Assembly: GCA_964482765.1 (NCBI GenBank)
Contig: CAYZYZ010000001.1
Span: 1 to 44,135 of the forward strand
Length of the DNA stretch: 44,135 bases
From: an uncultured Candidatus Saccharibacteria bacterium
GTDB taxonomy: Bacteria > Patescibacteriota > CPR2_A > CG2-30-33-46 > CAYZYZ01
Reading direction: 5' to 3'
Shown here piece after piece: positions 7,178-16,384 of the stretch; the stretch's first letter is position 1, and every line of letters begins with the position of its first letter. The position numbers were made by a program, and so were the translations under genes. Under the pieces are notes generated by a model, which was given only the letters and a program-made list of their open reading frames with translations, ran no database searches and was not told where the DNA came from.

Positions 7178-9568
7178 TTACCTTTCTTTAATTAATGTTT
7201 TTGAAATTTTCTTGTTCTTTGCTATTTTTTTCACCAGACCTCTTTCTAGAAGTTCTGCCACGCTCTGCTTTATTGCCTTTCCGCAACCGCCTGATGTCTC
7301 GTCACCGCAGATGATATACTGCTCCTCTAAGGGTACGTTGTCCTGAGCTCCTTTATAGATTGCTTCAGTTTCAAATCCGCAGTGAGGACATCTGTACCAG
7401 ACCCTATCATCTTTTTGTATCTTGTTTTTTATGCCACCTGGTCTATTCACTTCTCTCCTGTATCCAGCACTGATTTTATGACAATCATCACAAAAGGTAA
7501 ATTCCGGGGATATGACAATCTGGGCGCTTAAGGTGTTATCCCAAGTTCTCTTAACTAAAGAGTAAATGCTTTCGGGAGATGGTCGCTGTTCGCCCAAAAA
7601 AACATGAGTTATGCAACCGGCTTCTATCAAATTATTGAACTTGCCTTGTTTTTCTATTCTTTCGATTATAGAAACAGACACGTCAGCAGCCAAATGAATG
7701 CTGTTGGTGTAATAAACTGTACCAGAAGAGATATCGCCTCTCACATACTTGGCGCTCTCTGGGTACTCTTTAAGGTCTACTTTTGCCAGTCTTAGGGAAG
7801 CTGACTCAGCCGGTGTCTCCTCAAGAACAACCTTAAAACCGGTTTCCTTCTCTAATTTTTTGGCTTTCAAATACATAGCGGAGATTATCTTTAAACCTAT
7901 TCTTAAAACATCATCATTTTCGTGAAGCTCCTCGCTGGTTAGGTATTTTACACACTCATTTAAGCCTATGATACCGATTATGTAGCTGGCTTTTTCTAAA
8001 TCAATATAGGGTCTGCCGTCTAAAGCTATCTCGCCGACCTGCGCCATTGGTCTTCCCGGTTCCATTAGTTTCTTTATAAACCCCTTCTTTTCAAAATGAG
8101 CCTTCATTGCCAAATCCATTGCCTCTTCAACCTCTTTTACAACCTCGTCTAGCGCACCCTTCTTTTTTCTTCCTGCTCTATAAGCGGCTTGAGGCAGATT
8201 TATGGTTACATTCTGGAAGCCGCAGAAACGCATACTTTCAGGATGCTCTATCACATACTTGTCGGTGATATTAGTTCTGAGGCGACAGCACATCGAAAGA
8301 TTGACCTTGTCGCGGTCATAAACAAAATATGGGGCACCATTTTCTGAAGCGATTTTCGAGGCATACTCTAGAAGTTCTCTTTGTTTAGGGTCTCTAAAGG
8401 AGTTCTCATCTACATGAAGATTCATCTTCGGGAAGGGAAAAGGCTTGCCATCAAAATCTCCCTCACGCCAAACATCCATCATTGCTTTTAAGAATCTTTG
8501 AGCTTCATCCTCATAATCGCCATAGGTCTTACCAGTATATTTTCCTTTGGGTCCAATGGCGGGAACATTTTTTAGGTAATCAGGAACTCCAAGGTGAACA
8601 TTAAAATCTATAAACAGGGTCTGACCACCCCTCGAGAAAGCATTTTGAGAGCAGGAAAAGATTAAATACTGCGCCTCTTGTTTTAAATCTTCCTCATCTA
8701 TATCAACAAGGTAAGGGGCATAAAAAATGTTGACATAAGTCAAACCTAAAGCACCGGCATAGTAAGCCTGCATCGAAGCCAAAAAGGTATTCAGGTGTCC
8801 GGTTAGAGTTGAAGCGTATCTTGCCGGAGTGGAGACGGTACTTAAATTCTCTAATCTTAAACCATATTTTTTCAAATACTCTATCGAATGAGCTGAGCAG
8901 TAAGCTCGAACTGGATATCCTAAATCGTGAAGATGGATGGCTCCCTTCATGTGAGCATCAGCAATCTCCGGAGAGAAGATTTCTTTTAAAGCATACTGCT
9001 TTAGGATCGTTTCCGCGATTCCTAAGTTTACCGCCTCAGGATTATTTGATTTTATATTGCTATTCTCTTTGGTATTAGAAAGAATCAGCTGGCTGATGTT
9101 ATAGGTAGACATACCAATAACTTCCTGCTTTTTGAGTTTGGCTTGATAGCCTCTCTCGAAAAGCTCATTGTCCACCAGTTCTCTTAAAAGGTTTATGTTT
9201 ATAGTTCTAATGCCAGAGGCTAATACTTTTCTCTCAACAGCAAAGGCTATATCGGAAGCCTCCTCTTTGGTAAGCTGAGCTTCTCTTTCAAGGGCACTGA
9301 CAATTCTTTTTCTATCCCAATTAGAGGTTTCTCCCTTAGTGGGAGCAGAAACTAAAAGGTGAAGATCGGTAGAGTCTTTATAATCCTCTTTCTTTTTTAC
9401 CACCTTCAAGATCTCGGTCATCTCCAACTGACTCTCGGGCAGCTTCTTGTATTTCTCAAAATTCTTTCCAATAACCTCGATTACCTCCTCTACCGCCTCT
9501 CTCGGCAGACCAGTATTCTCTATTTCCCTTGTAAGGTATTGGAAGAGTCCTCGGTTCTCTTTAGTCAT
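7178..9568 (-). CDS. nrdD: Anaerobic ribonucleoside-triphosphate reductase large chain (ATP-cone plus catalytic barrel), lacking the glycyl-radical motif
   Basis: 796 aa. ATP-cone-like SNWDRKRIVSALERE...LLRELVDNELFERGY, then a NrdD-like core (MCCRL, GGQTLFIDFNV). The C-terminus has CDDC...CPHC zinc-ribbon cysteines but no RxxGY. Confidence 0.92.
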   Translation of the reverse strand: MTKENRGLFQYLTREIENTGLPREAVEEVIEVIGKNFEKYKKLPESQLEMTEILKVVKKKEDYKDSTDLHLLVSAPTKGETSNWDRKRIVSALEREAQLTKEEASDIAFAVERKVLASGIRTININLLRELVDNELFERGYQAKLKKQEVIGMSTYNISQLILSNTKENSNIKSNNPEAVNLGIAETILKQYALKEIFSPEIADAHMKGAIHLHDLGYPVRAYCSAHSIEYLKKYGLRLENLSTVSTPARYASTLTGHLNTFLASMQAYYAGALGLTYVNIFYAPYLVDIDEEDLKQEAQYLIFSCSQNAFSRGGQTLFIDFNVHLGVPDYLKNVPAIGPKGKYTGKTYGDYEDEAQRFLKAMMDVWREGDFDGKPFPFPKMNLHVDENSFRDPKQRELLEYASKIASENGAPYFVYDRDKVNLSMCCRLRTNITDKYVIEHPESMRFCGFQNVTINLPQAAYRAGRKKKGALDEVVKEVEEAMDLAMKAHFEKKGFIKKLMEPGRPMAQVGEIALDGRPYIDLEKASYIIGIIGLNECVKYLTSEELHENDDVLRIGLKIISAMYLKAKKLEKETGFKVVLEETPAESASLRLAKVDLKEYPESAKYVRGDISSGTVYYTNSIHLAADVSVSIIERIEKQGKFNNLIEAGCITHVFLGEQRPSPESIYSLVKRTWDNTLSAQIVISPEFTFCDDCHKISAGYRREVNRPGGIKNKIQKDDRVWYRCPHCGFETEAIYKGAQDNVPLEEQYIICGDETSGGCGKAIKQSVAELLERGLVKKIAKNKKISKTLIKER

Positions 9569-9569
9569 A

Positions 9570-9626
9570 TTTACCCCGTTAGATGGTCTACCCCATTAGA
9601 TTATTGCTTTTATCTAACGGGGTTTA
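9570..9626. repeat. Family A element filling the nrdR-nrdD intergenic space
   Basis: TTTA|ccccgttagatggtctaccccattagattattgcttttatctaacgggg|TTTA. The nrdR stop TAA is the complement of TTA in the right TTTA. The nrdD ATG lies one base beyond the left TTTA. Confidence 0.8.
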
Positions 9627-10163
9627 CCTTTTAGTTACCTTAGATCTTTTCTTTTTTTCCGCCCTAGGCGCCACGCCCCGACCTGTCGGGGGACCAGCCT
9701 TGGGCTGGAATCCTTTTTTCTTGAAAATTTTTAACTCCTGCTCGAAAGATTTGATGTCATCAAAAGATTTGTAGACTGAAGCGAAACGAATGTAGGCAAC
9801 TTTGTCGGTCTTTTTTAAGGCTTTTATTGCCAACTCCCCAATCTCTCTGCTCTTCACCTCGGTGTCGCAAGTGGCTTGGAGTTTTCTTTCTATGTCGGAC
9901 ACTATCTTATCTATCTGCTCTTTGGAAATCGGCCTCTTCTCGCAAGCCTTCATTATCCCGAGCTCGAGTTTGTTTCTGTCAAAACTCTCTCTTCGTCTAC
10001 CTTTCTTAATTACCAGGAGGTTGGCGAGTTCGACCCTTTCATAAGTGGTGAAACGGTTCTTACATTTCAGGCACTTCCTCCTTCTTCTAATCGCTCGGAA
10101 ATCATCAACGTCTCGCGAATCAATAACCTTGGTATCAGGAGAAAGGCAGTTGGGGCATTTCAT
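9624..10163 (-). CDS. nrdR: Transcriptional repressor NrdR with ~25-aa GC-rich C-terminal extension
   Basis: MKCPNCLSPDTKVIDSR...CLKCKNRFTTYERVE zinc ribbon plus ATP-cone. SD aaaggaggg lies upstream. Confidence 0.93.
   Translation of the reverse strand: MKCPNCLSPDTKVIDSRDVDDFRAIRRRRKCLKCKNRFTTYERVELANLLVIKKGRRRESFDRNKLELGIMKACEKRPISKEQIDKIVSDIERKLQATCDTEVKSREIGELAIKALKKTDKVAYIRFASVYKSFDDIKSFEQELKIFKKKGFQPKAGPPTGRGVAPRAEKKKRSKVTKR
9659..9708. repeat. GC-rich triple mini-hairpin module forming the nrdR C-terminal tail
   Basis: Hairpins ccgccctaggcg, ccccga-cctg-tcgggg (9676-9691) and ccagcc-ttgg-gctgg. It encodes KAGPPTGRGVAPRAE. Confidence 0.6.
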
Positions 10164-10211
10164 TCAAGCCCTCCTTTTGAAGCGGCAAAAAAATTTCCCC
10201 CTTTTCTTTTA

Positions 10212-10240
10212 AGAATATTGCTAACCCGAAAATATGTCAA
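10212..10240 (-). promoter_or_regulatory. Candidate sigma70-type promoter of the nrdR-nrdD operon
   Basis: Minus strand reads TTGACA-17 nt-TATTCT, about 45 nt upstream of the nrdR ATG. Confidence 0.45.
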
Positions 10241-10251
10241 GAACTTTTTTA

Positions 10252-10300
10252 CCACAACATATAGTGCTTTAAATAGATACTGATATACAATATATTGAAA
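10252..10300. promoter_or_regulatory. Two candidate NrdR boxes in tandem
   Basis: ccacaacatatagtgc (10252-10267) and atacaatatattgaaa (10285-10300) each match about 12-13 of 16 positions of the NrdR-box consensus acaCwAtATaTwGtgt. Start-to-start spacing is 33 bp. Confidence 0.5.
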
Positions 10301-10304
10301 AAAG

Positions 10305-10352
10305 AAACGCTTGTCAAGCCCTTATTAAAAAGGCTCGCTTAAGCGTTTCTTT
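10305..10352 (-). terminator. Rho-independent terminator after serA
   Basis: Minus strand reads gaaacgcttaagcgagcc...gggcttgacaagcgtttc followed by ttttttc. Confidence 0.6.
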
Positions 10353-10367
10353 AAAAATGGAAGAAGA

Positions 10368-11330
10368 TTATTTTTCGAGCAACTCTTTATTAACAACGTT
10401 TCTGTAACAGCCTTTTTTAAGAGCATCAATTATCTCACAGGCTATATCCACGGTAACATTTTCTAAGGCTTCTATTGTCGAGGCTCCTAAATGAGGGGTG
10501 GCTAAAACATTTGGTATCTCCAAAAGTTCATTATCTACTGCCGGCTCCTTCTCCCAAACATCTATAGCCGCACCTCCAACTTTCCCTTTTTTTAAAGCTT
10601 TATACAAAGCTTTTTCGTTTATAATTCCGCCTCGGGCAACATTTATTATTTTCACCCCATTTTTCATTTTTTTGATTTCTTTTTCATCAATCAAGTTTCC
10701 AGTTTCGGAAGTTAAAGGAGTGTGAACGGTTACATAATCTGATTGCTCCAAAAGAGTGTCTAAGTCGGTCTTTCCCCCGCCAAGTTCCCTGATTTTTTTG
10801 GCTCCAACAAAAGGGTCAAAAACCAAAACCTTCATTTTTAAGCCTTTAGAAGCAATCTCGGTTACTATCTTTCCAACCTTTCCAAATCCAACTACACCCA
10901 AAGTTTTACCTTTGACCTCCACGCCAACAAAACATTTTCTGTCCCACTTTCTCTCCCTTTTTAAGGAGTGGTGTGCTTCGTGAATATGGCGCGAGAGGCT
11001 CAAAATCATCGCAATTGTATGCTCAGCAGCAGAATTGACATTCCCAAAAGGTGTATTTAAAACATAGATGCCCTTTTGGGTGGCGGCTTCCAGATCCACA
11101 TTATCAACACCAACACCCGCCCGACCAATGACCTTCAAGTTTTTTGCCTTATCCAGAATCTCTTGCGTTACAGTAACTGAGCTTCTTATTATTAGCGCTG
11201 AAAAGGGCTCGATGATATTTCTTAGCTCATCTCTAGTTAGCCCAAATCTTTCTTCAAAAAATATTCCTTTTTCGTTCTTTAGGATTTCGATGGCTTGAGG
11301 TGAAACTTTGTCAGTTATTAAAATTTTCAT
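10368..11330 (-). CDS. serA: D-3-phosphoglycerate dehydrogenase / D-isomer-specific 2-hydroxyacid dehydrogenase
   Basis: 320 aa. NAD-binding GVVGFGKVGK and catalytic-region ATPHLGAST. Sits next to the aminotransferase. Confidence 0.85.
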   Translation of the reverse strand: MKILITDKVSPQAIEILKNEKGIFFEERFGLTRDELRNIIEPFSALIIRSSVTVTQEILDKAKNLKVIGRAGVGVDNVDLEAATQKGIYVLNTPFGNVNSAAEHTIAMILSLSRHIHEAHHSLKRERKWDRKCFVGVEVKGKTLGVVGFGKVGKIVTEIASKGLKMKVLVFDPFVGAKKIRELGGGKTDLDTLLEQSDYVTVHTPLTSETGNLIDEKEIKKMKNGVKIINVARGGIINEKALYKALKKGKVGGAAIDVWEKEPAVDNELLEIPNVLATPHLGASTIEALENVTVDIACEIIDALKKGCYRNVVNKELLEK

Positions 11331-11339
11331 ACCCTTACT

Positions 11340-12413
11340 TTATTTTAATTTTAGAATTTCGTCCAGATCTTTCAAAAGCTCTTTTATATCTTCTGGATAA
11401 ATCTCTCCCATGTGAGAAATCCTAAAAGTTACATCTTTTAATTTGCCGTAGCCTCCCGAAATTACCTTGTCTCTTTTTTCGAGTTCTTCGTTTACCTTTT
11501 TGATGTCTAAATTTTTTGTATTTTTAACTGTTGTTAAAGTTAAAGAAGAAAAACTAGGCTCGGCAAAATCTTGAAAATTTTTTCCAGCCCAGTTCTTCAC
11601 CATCTCTGCCATCTTTTTGTGCCGCGAAAATCTCTCTTTTAACCCCTCTTTAAAAATAATGTCCAATTCTTTATCTAGAGCAAAGATTTGAGAGATGGGT
11701 CCGGTAGAAATGGTTTGCCCTTTTTTCCAATATTTTAGAAATTGAAGAAAATCAAAATAAGTTCCGCGGTTTCGAACCTCTGCGGCTCGTTTTATTGCTT
11801 TTGGAGAAACCGAGAAGATTGCCAGTCCCGGCGGGGTAGCTAATGCTTTCTGAGTGCTTGCCAAACAAACATCTATTCCCCATTCATCAACCTCAACCGG
11901 GATACCAGCCAAAGAACTTACAGCGTCAACCAGAAACAAAGTATCAGGATAATCTTTTAGAACATGGGCAATATCTTCTAAGGGATTAGTGACACCAGAG
12001 GAGGTTTCATTGTGAGTTAGACAAACCGCATCAAAGGAATCTTTCTCTAAAGCTTTTTTAACCATCTCGGGCTTTATAGCTTTCCCCCACTCCACCTCAA
12101 CCGAAACCGACTCTTTGCCATTGCTTTGGAAAATTTTTGCCCACTTCTCGGAGAATGCTCCGCAAACCAGGCTCAAAACTTTTTTCCCTTCACGTACTGT
12201 GTTTCTTGCACAAGCCTCCATAACCCCTAAGGCGGAAGAGCCCGAGAGAAAAACCGGATTCTTTGTATGCATCAACTTTTGAAGTTTTCCTGAAACTTCA
12301 TTGTGAAGGTTTTGGAATTCTTTAGATCGGTGACCGATTACCGGATGAGCCATAGCTTCCAAGACTTCTTTTCTAACTTCGGTTGGTCCTGGTATGAAAA
12401 GTTTTTTTGGCAT
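11340..12413 (-). CDS. Class V PLP aminotransferase (serine-glyoxylate/phosphoserine aminotransferase-like)
   Basis: 357 aa. STQKALATPPGL contains the PLP-lysine context. The serA neighbour suggests a role in serine biosynthesis. Confidence 0.8.
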   Translation of the reverse strand: MPKKLFIPGPTEVRKEVLEAMAHPVIGHRSKEFQNLHNEVSGKLQKLMHTKNPVFLSGSSALGVMEACARNTVREGKKVLSLVCGAFSEKWAKIFQSNGKESVSVEVEWGKAIKPEMVKKALEKDSFDAVCLTHNETSSGVTNPLEDIAHVLKDYPDTLFLVDAVSSLAGIPVEVDEWGIDVCLASTQKALATPPGLAIFSVSPKAIKRAAEVRNRGTYFDFLQFLKYWKKGQTISTGPISQIFALDKELDIIFKEGLKERFSRHKKMAEMVKNWAGKNFQDFAEPSFSSLTLTTVKNTKNLDIKKVNEELEKRDKVISGGYGKLKDVTFRISHMGEIYPEDIKELLKDLDEILKLK

Positions 12414-12529
12414 TTTTTATACTTTTTATTTTTTTATCTTTTTAAAATTTATAGCCTAAATTTTAACTGCCGCTGAATATCTTTTGCAAGTATTAATTTA
12501 AGAATAAGAACTGTTTTAAACAGTCCTTA

Positions 12530-12638
12530 TTTACCCCGTTAGAGACAGATCGCCCCAAGGCGGTCGCCTGCCCCGTAGCTCCAAAGGATGGTATCGGGGT
12601 AGCCGCGCCTTTGGCGGGGCGGTTTCTAACGGGGTTTA
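12530..12638. repeat. Family A element, long GC-rich-interior form carrying a nested 33-nt mini-insertion
   Basis: TTTA|ccccgttagagacagatcgccccaaggcggtcg[cctgccccgtagctccaaaggatggtatcgggg]tagccgcgcctttggcggggcggtttctaacgggg|TTTA. Apart from the bracketed 33 nt and one mismatch, it is the reverse complement of 28469-28544. Confidence 0.9.
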
Positions 12639-12666
12639 CCTAAAGCTTATTGAAGGATCTCTTATA

Positions 12667-13857
12667 TTATTTTTTTAGTTTTCTTCTTATGAATGCCGGG
12701 ACATCAAATTCATCCTCTTCGGAGAAACTGGCAATTTCTTCTTTTTCTTTTTCGGTATCCAAACTTACTCTTTTTGTGGGCCTCAAATCCTCTTCTTCTT
12801 CTCTTTCTATAACCTCTCCGGTTTTTAGGGGTCTTTCTTCAAAAGTCTCTTGCATGTGAAGATCGGTTACTGATTGATCTTTCTTGGCGTGCTTGCCGTC
12901 AAAACCGGTAGCAATAACTGTAATCTTTATCTCGCCTTGCATGCTCTCATCTATAACAGCACCAAAAATGATATTTGCTTCTGGATCTGTGACTTCGGTT
13001 ATGACTCTGGCGGCTTCATCTATCTCATGCATCCCTAGATCATAACCACCAGTGACATTAAACAATACTCCTTGGGCACCATCAATTGAAAGATCAAGTA
13101 ACGGACTGTCTATGGCGGCTTTGGCAGCATCCACTGCTCTGTTATCACCTGAGGCAATGCCAATTCCCATCAAAGCCGAACCTGCCTCTGCCATAATTGA
13201 TTTAACATCGGCGAAGTCGACATTAATCATACCGTGCATTGTTATCAAATCAGCAATACCCTGAACTCCTTGACGCAAAACATCATCTACAATCTTGAAA
13301 GCATCTAACATGGAGGTTTTTTTATCAACGATTTGTAAAACCCTGTCATTGGGTATGGTAATCAAAGTATCAACTTTTTCTCGCAAACCCATGAGCCCTG
13401 TCTCGGCAACTACTTTTCTTTTTTGCCCTTCAAAAGTAAAAGGTTTGGTAACAACGGCAACTGTTAAAGCACTAGCGTTTCTGGCTGCCTCCGCCACTAT
13501 TGGACCGGCACCAGTTCCTGTTCCGCCGCCTAACCCATAAGTTACAAAAACCATATCAGCACCTGCTAAAGATTCGGCAATCTCTTCCTTGCCATCTTCT
13601 CCTGCCCTTCTGCCGATTTCGGGGTCTGAACCAGCTCCTAAACCTCTGGTTATATCCTTACCGATGTGAATTTTAGTTGACGCTTCTGAAAAGTGCAAAG
13701 CTTGGGAGTCTGTGTTAATAGAAATAAATTCAACTCCTTTGAGTTTGGAGCTTATCATTCTATTAACTGCTTGAGATCCGCCCCCTCCAACACCAACCAC
13801 TTTAATTCTTGCAAAAGTTTCGATGTCTGGTTTAACTTCCATTTTGTTTACCTCCAA
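12667..13857 (-). CDS. ftsZ: Cell division GTPase FtsZ
   Basis: Contains [13 protein letters not shown] and [10 protein letters not shown] (tubulin signature). SD ggagg lies 8 nt upstream of the ATG. Confidence 0.97.
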   Translation of the reverse strand: MEVNKMEVKPDIETFARIKVVGVGGGGSQAVNRMISSKLKGVEFISINTDSQALHFSEASTKIHIGKDITRGLGAGSDPEIGRRAGEDGKEEIAESLAGADMVFVTYGLGGGTGTGAGPIVAEAARNASALTVAVVTKPFTFEGQKRKVVAETGLMGLREKVDTLITIPNDRVLQIVDKKTSMLDAFKIVDDVLRQGVQGIADLITMHGMINVDFADVKSIMAEAGSALMGIGIASGDNRAVDAAKAAIDSPLLDLSIDGAQGVLFNVTGGYDLGMHEIDEAARVITEVTDPEANIIFGAVIDESMQGEIKITVIATGFDGKHAKKDQSVTDLHMQETFEERPLKTGEVIEREEEEDLRPTKRVSLDTEKEKEEIASFSEEDEFDVPAFIRRKLKK

Positions 13858-14026
13858 TTTGCCCAGTTAGATAACTTTGTATCTAATGGGCTGTCTAAAG
13901 ATATGAACAAGATTATTGTTCAAGCTAATTTTTGTTAATTTGTAAATAAAAATTTATAGTTAATTTTTTTGTTCAAATATCAATTTAACAAAAGTATAAC
14001 AGAAAAAAAACAATTGGCAAGTCTTT

Positions 14027-14098
14027 TTTACCTCGTTAGAAAATAGCTACTTAATCTCTCTACAATCTCTTACTATACAAGCTTTCTAACGGGGTTTG
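14027..14098. repeat. Family A element (AT-rich 44-nt interior) between ftsA and ftsZ
   Basis: TTTA|cctcgttaga-44 nt-tctaacgggg|TTTG. Confidence 0.75.
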
Positions 14099-14121
14099 CC
14101 AATTATTTTTAGAAATTTTGC

Positions 14122-15366
14122 CTAAGGAAGGAAGTTTTTAAACCACTTCTTCACGTTTTTAAGTGTCCCGCCCAACTGGACATCTTTTATAGATTTTAAT
14201 AATGACTTACTAGTTCCTCCTTGTTCAAACGCCCAGGCAACAAGCCCTAAGGGCACAGCATATGAGGGATCGTCTACTCTATCGACAATTCCTTGGATGT
14301 TTCTCGGAAAACCAATTTGGGCAGGAAGATTCAGCTCTTCTTTAGCAAAATCAACGATACCAGGAAGTTTAGCGCCTCCGCCGGTCAAAATTACACCTCC
14401 TGGCAAGAGGTTTCCTTTTTTTATCTTATTTAATTCTTTTCTTATTAAAGAAAAAGTTTCGCTTAATCTTGCCTCAATTATTTCCACCACATCTAATCTT
14501 TTTACTTTTGTATCTTCTATTTTAGAAAAACCCGAAAGATCTATCTCGTCCTTTTTGTCGATATCCTTTTTCAATGCTGTGCCGTATTCTAATTTTACTC
14601 TTTCGGCAATATCAACTGAGGTTCTTAATCCGATGGCTATATCGTTGGTTATGTGATTGGCGCCAACCGGTAACACTTTGCTACCTATTATATTACCTTC
14701 CTCAAATGCCGCTATACTTGTTGTGCCTCCGCCCAGATCAATTAGAGCACATCCCAACTCTTTCTGTCTTTTGGACAAAACAGACATACTACAAGCTACA
14801 GGAACAGCAACTATTCTCTCCACTTCAACGCCGGCTTGGTCAACGCACTTGTTTAAATTCCTAATAACAGGGATGGAGCCGTGAATGATGTGTGTTACAA
14901 CCTCAAGTCTTATTCCACTCATACCGACTGGGTCTTTAATCCCTTCCTGATCATCAACCGTGAAGGTCTGAGGAATTACGTGGAGTATCTCCCTATTTGG
15001 CGGGAAAGAGACTGCTGAGGCTGCCTCTATGGTTCTTTCTTCATCTTCGGCTGTTATCTCGCCTTCTTTTGAGGCAATTGCAACTGCTCCTTTGTTTTCT
15101 ATAGATTCTAAATGGGGGCCGCCAGCAGAAATTGTAACCCTAAAAATCCTAATTCCAGACATTCTCTCTGCCTTTTCTAGGGCTGCACTTATACTAGTAA
15201 CTGTCTCCTCAACATCAATCACAACACCCCTTCTTAAACCTTTGGTCGGCGAAGAACCTACTCCTATTACTTCTATTTTAGAATCATTGCCGCTCTTTCT
15301 GGCGACAACAGCACAGATTTTCGTCGTACCTATATCTAATCCTACTGCCAAATTAGCTTGCCTCAA
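14122..15366 (-). CDS. ftsA: Cell division protein FtsA
   Basis: Actin-like ATPase motifs VGLDIGTTKI and IDLGGGTT. TTG start sits 5 nt after aaggag. Confidence 0.95.
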   Translation of the reverse strand: MRQANLAVGLDIGTTKICAVVARKSGNDSKIEVIGVGSSPTKGLRRGVVIDVEETVTSISAALEKAERMSGIRIFRVTISAGGPHLESIENKGAVAIASKEGEITAEDEERTIEAASAVSFPPNREILHVIPQTFTVDDQEGIKDPVGMSGIRLEVVTHIIHGSIPVIRNLNKCVDQAGVEVERIVAVPVACSMSVLSKRQKELGCALIDLGGGTTSIAAFEEGNIIGSKVLPVGANHITNDIAIGLRTSVDIAERVKLEYGTALKKDIDKKDEIDLSGFSKIEDTKVKRLDVVEIIEARLSETFSLIRKELNKIKKGNLLPGGVILTGGGAKLPGIVDFAKEELNLPAQIGFPRNIQGIVDRVDDPSYAVPLGLVAWAFEQGGTSKSLLKSIKDVQLGGTLKNVKKWFKNFLP

Positions 15367-15482
15367 TTATTCTCCTTTAAAAAATTAATATTCTAAAAAT
15401 TATTATAAAAACAAATCCTGCACCTTTCAATAAGATGTTGTATTATGACAAGATAACTTATGCGATTTCATGGAAAGAATCA

Positions 15483-15594
15483 TAAACCCCACATAACCCA
15501 GGAAGCCCCGGTTTTCAGACCGGTGATGAATGGAAAGGTCTTTCAAAAAACAAAATCAATCCCTACACTTCAAGGCGGGGATATACGGGGTTTA
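15483..15594. repeat. Family B palindromic element
   Basis: TAAA|ccccacataacccaggaagccccggttttcagaccgg...ggcggggatatacgggg|TTTA. The dgkA stop TAA is the complement of TTA in the right TTTA. Confidence 0.7.
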
Positions 15595-15954
15595 CTGCAA
15601 ATTCCTTAAAATGTACGGCGTAAAAATCAAGAGTCCGACAATAAAACTTCCCAAAGCAGCAATAAAAACCGCGGCGGCGGACAAGTCTTTAATAATCATT
15701 ACTTTACCATTTCTTTCTGGATAAAGTAAATCTATCAAGTCCTCAATAACCGTATTTAGGATCTCTAAACTTATAACTAAAGATATTGAAATAGCAATAG
15801 CCACCCATTCTATCAACATAATACCAAAGATTATTCCCAAAAGAACAGCCAAAAGAGCTGCCCCAAAATGGATTTTTATGTTTCTCTCTTTCACAAAAAA
15901 CTTAAATCCTGTCCAAGCATATGAAAAACTCTTTTTAATTTTTCTAAATATCAT
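15592..15954 (-). CDS. dgkA: Diacylglycerol/undecaprenol kinase (DgkA family)
   Basis: 120 aa, 3 TM helices, EILNTVIEDLIDL motif. Confidence 0.85.
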   Translation of the reverse strand: MIFRKIKKSFSYAWTGFKFFVKERNIKIHFGAALLAVLLGIIFGIMLIEWVAIAISISLVISLEILNTVIEDLIDLLYPERNGKVMIIKDLSAAAVFIAALGSFIVGLLIFTPYILRNLQ

Positions 15955-16384
15955 TTAAAACTCCTATTAATTTTTCCTCCTCTTTCTTCATAATCTTCTC
16001 ATCTCTTTGTGAATTATGGGTGTAAGATAAAAGATGAAGAAAAGAATGCGCCAAGTTTTTTTTGATCTCTGCTTTAAAATCCTTTTTTTCTTTTTTTATT
16101 TTCTCAATATTTATTATTATATCACCTAAAAACAATTCTTCCTCCGGGGTGATAAATTTGGAAGAACTAAGTAAAGGAAAAGAAAGAATAGAAGTGATCC
16201 TGTTTTTGCCTCTAAACATTTTATTGATTTCTTTTATTGTTTTGTTGCCCACTACCACCAAAGAAACAACCACTCTCTTTTGAATTTTTTCTGCTTTTAT
16301 TAATCTTTCTAAAATTTCTCTAAGTAACTTTTCGTCGGTTTTAAATTTGTCGGCGAATATTATGTTAATCTTATTTTTTAACAT
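15944..16384 (-). CDS. ybeY: rRNA maturation endoribonuclease YbeY
   Basis: HSFLHLLSYTH corresponds to the HxxxHxxxxxH zinc motif. I chose ATG at 16382-16384 (MLKNKINIIF), which overlaps the upstream gene end, rather than the ORF-track TTG at 16396. Confidence 0.85.
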   Translation of the reverse strand: MLKNKINIIFADKFKTDEKLLREILERLIKAEKIQKRVVVSLVVVGNKTIKEINKMFRGKNRITSILSFPLLSSSKFITPEEELFLGDIIINIEKIKKEKKDFKAEIKKNLAHSFLHLLSYTHNSQRDEKIMKKEEEKLIGVLNDI

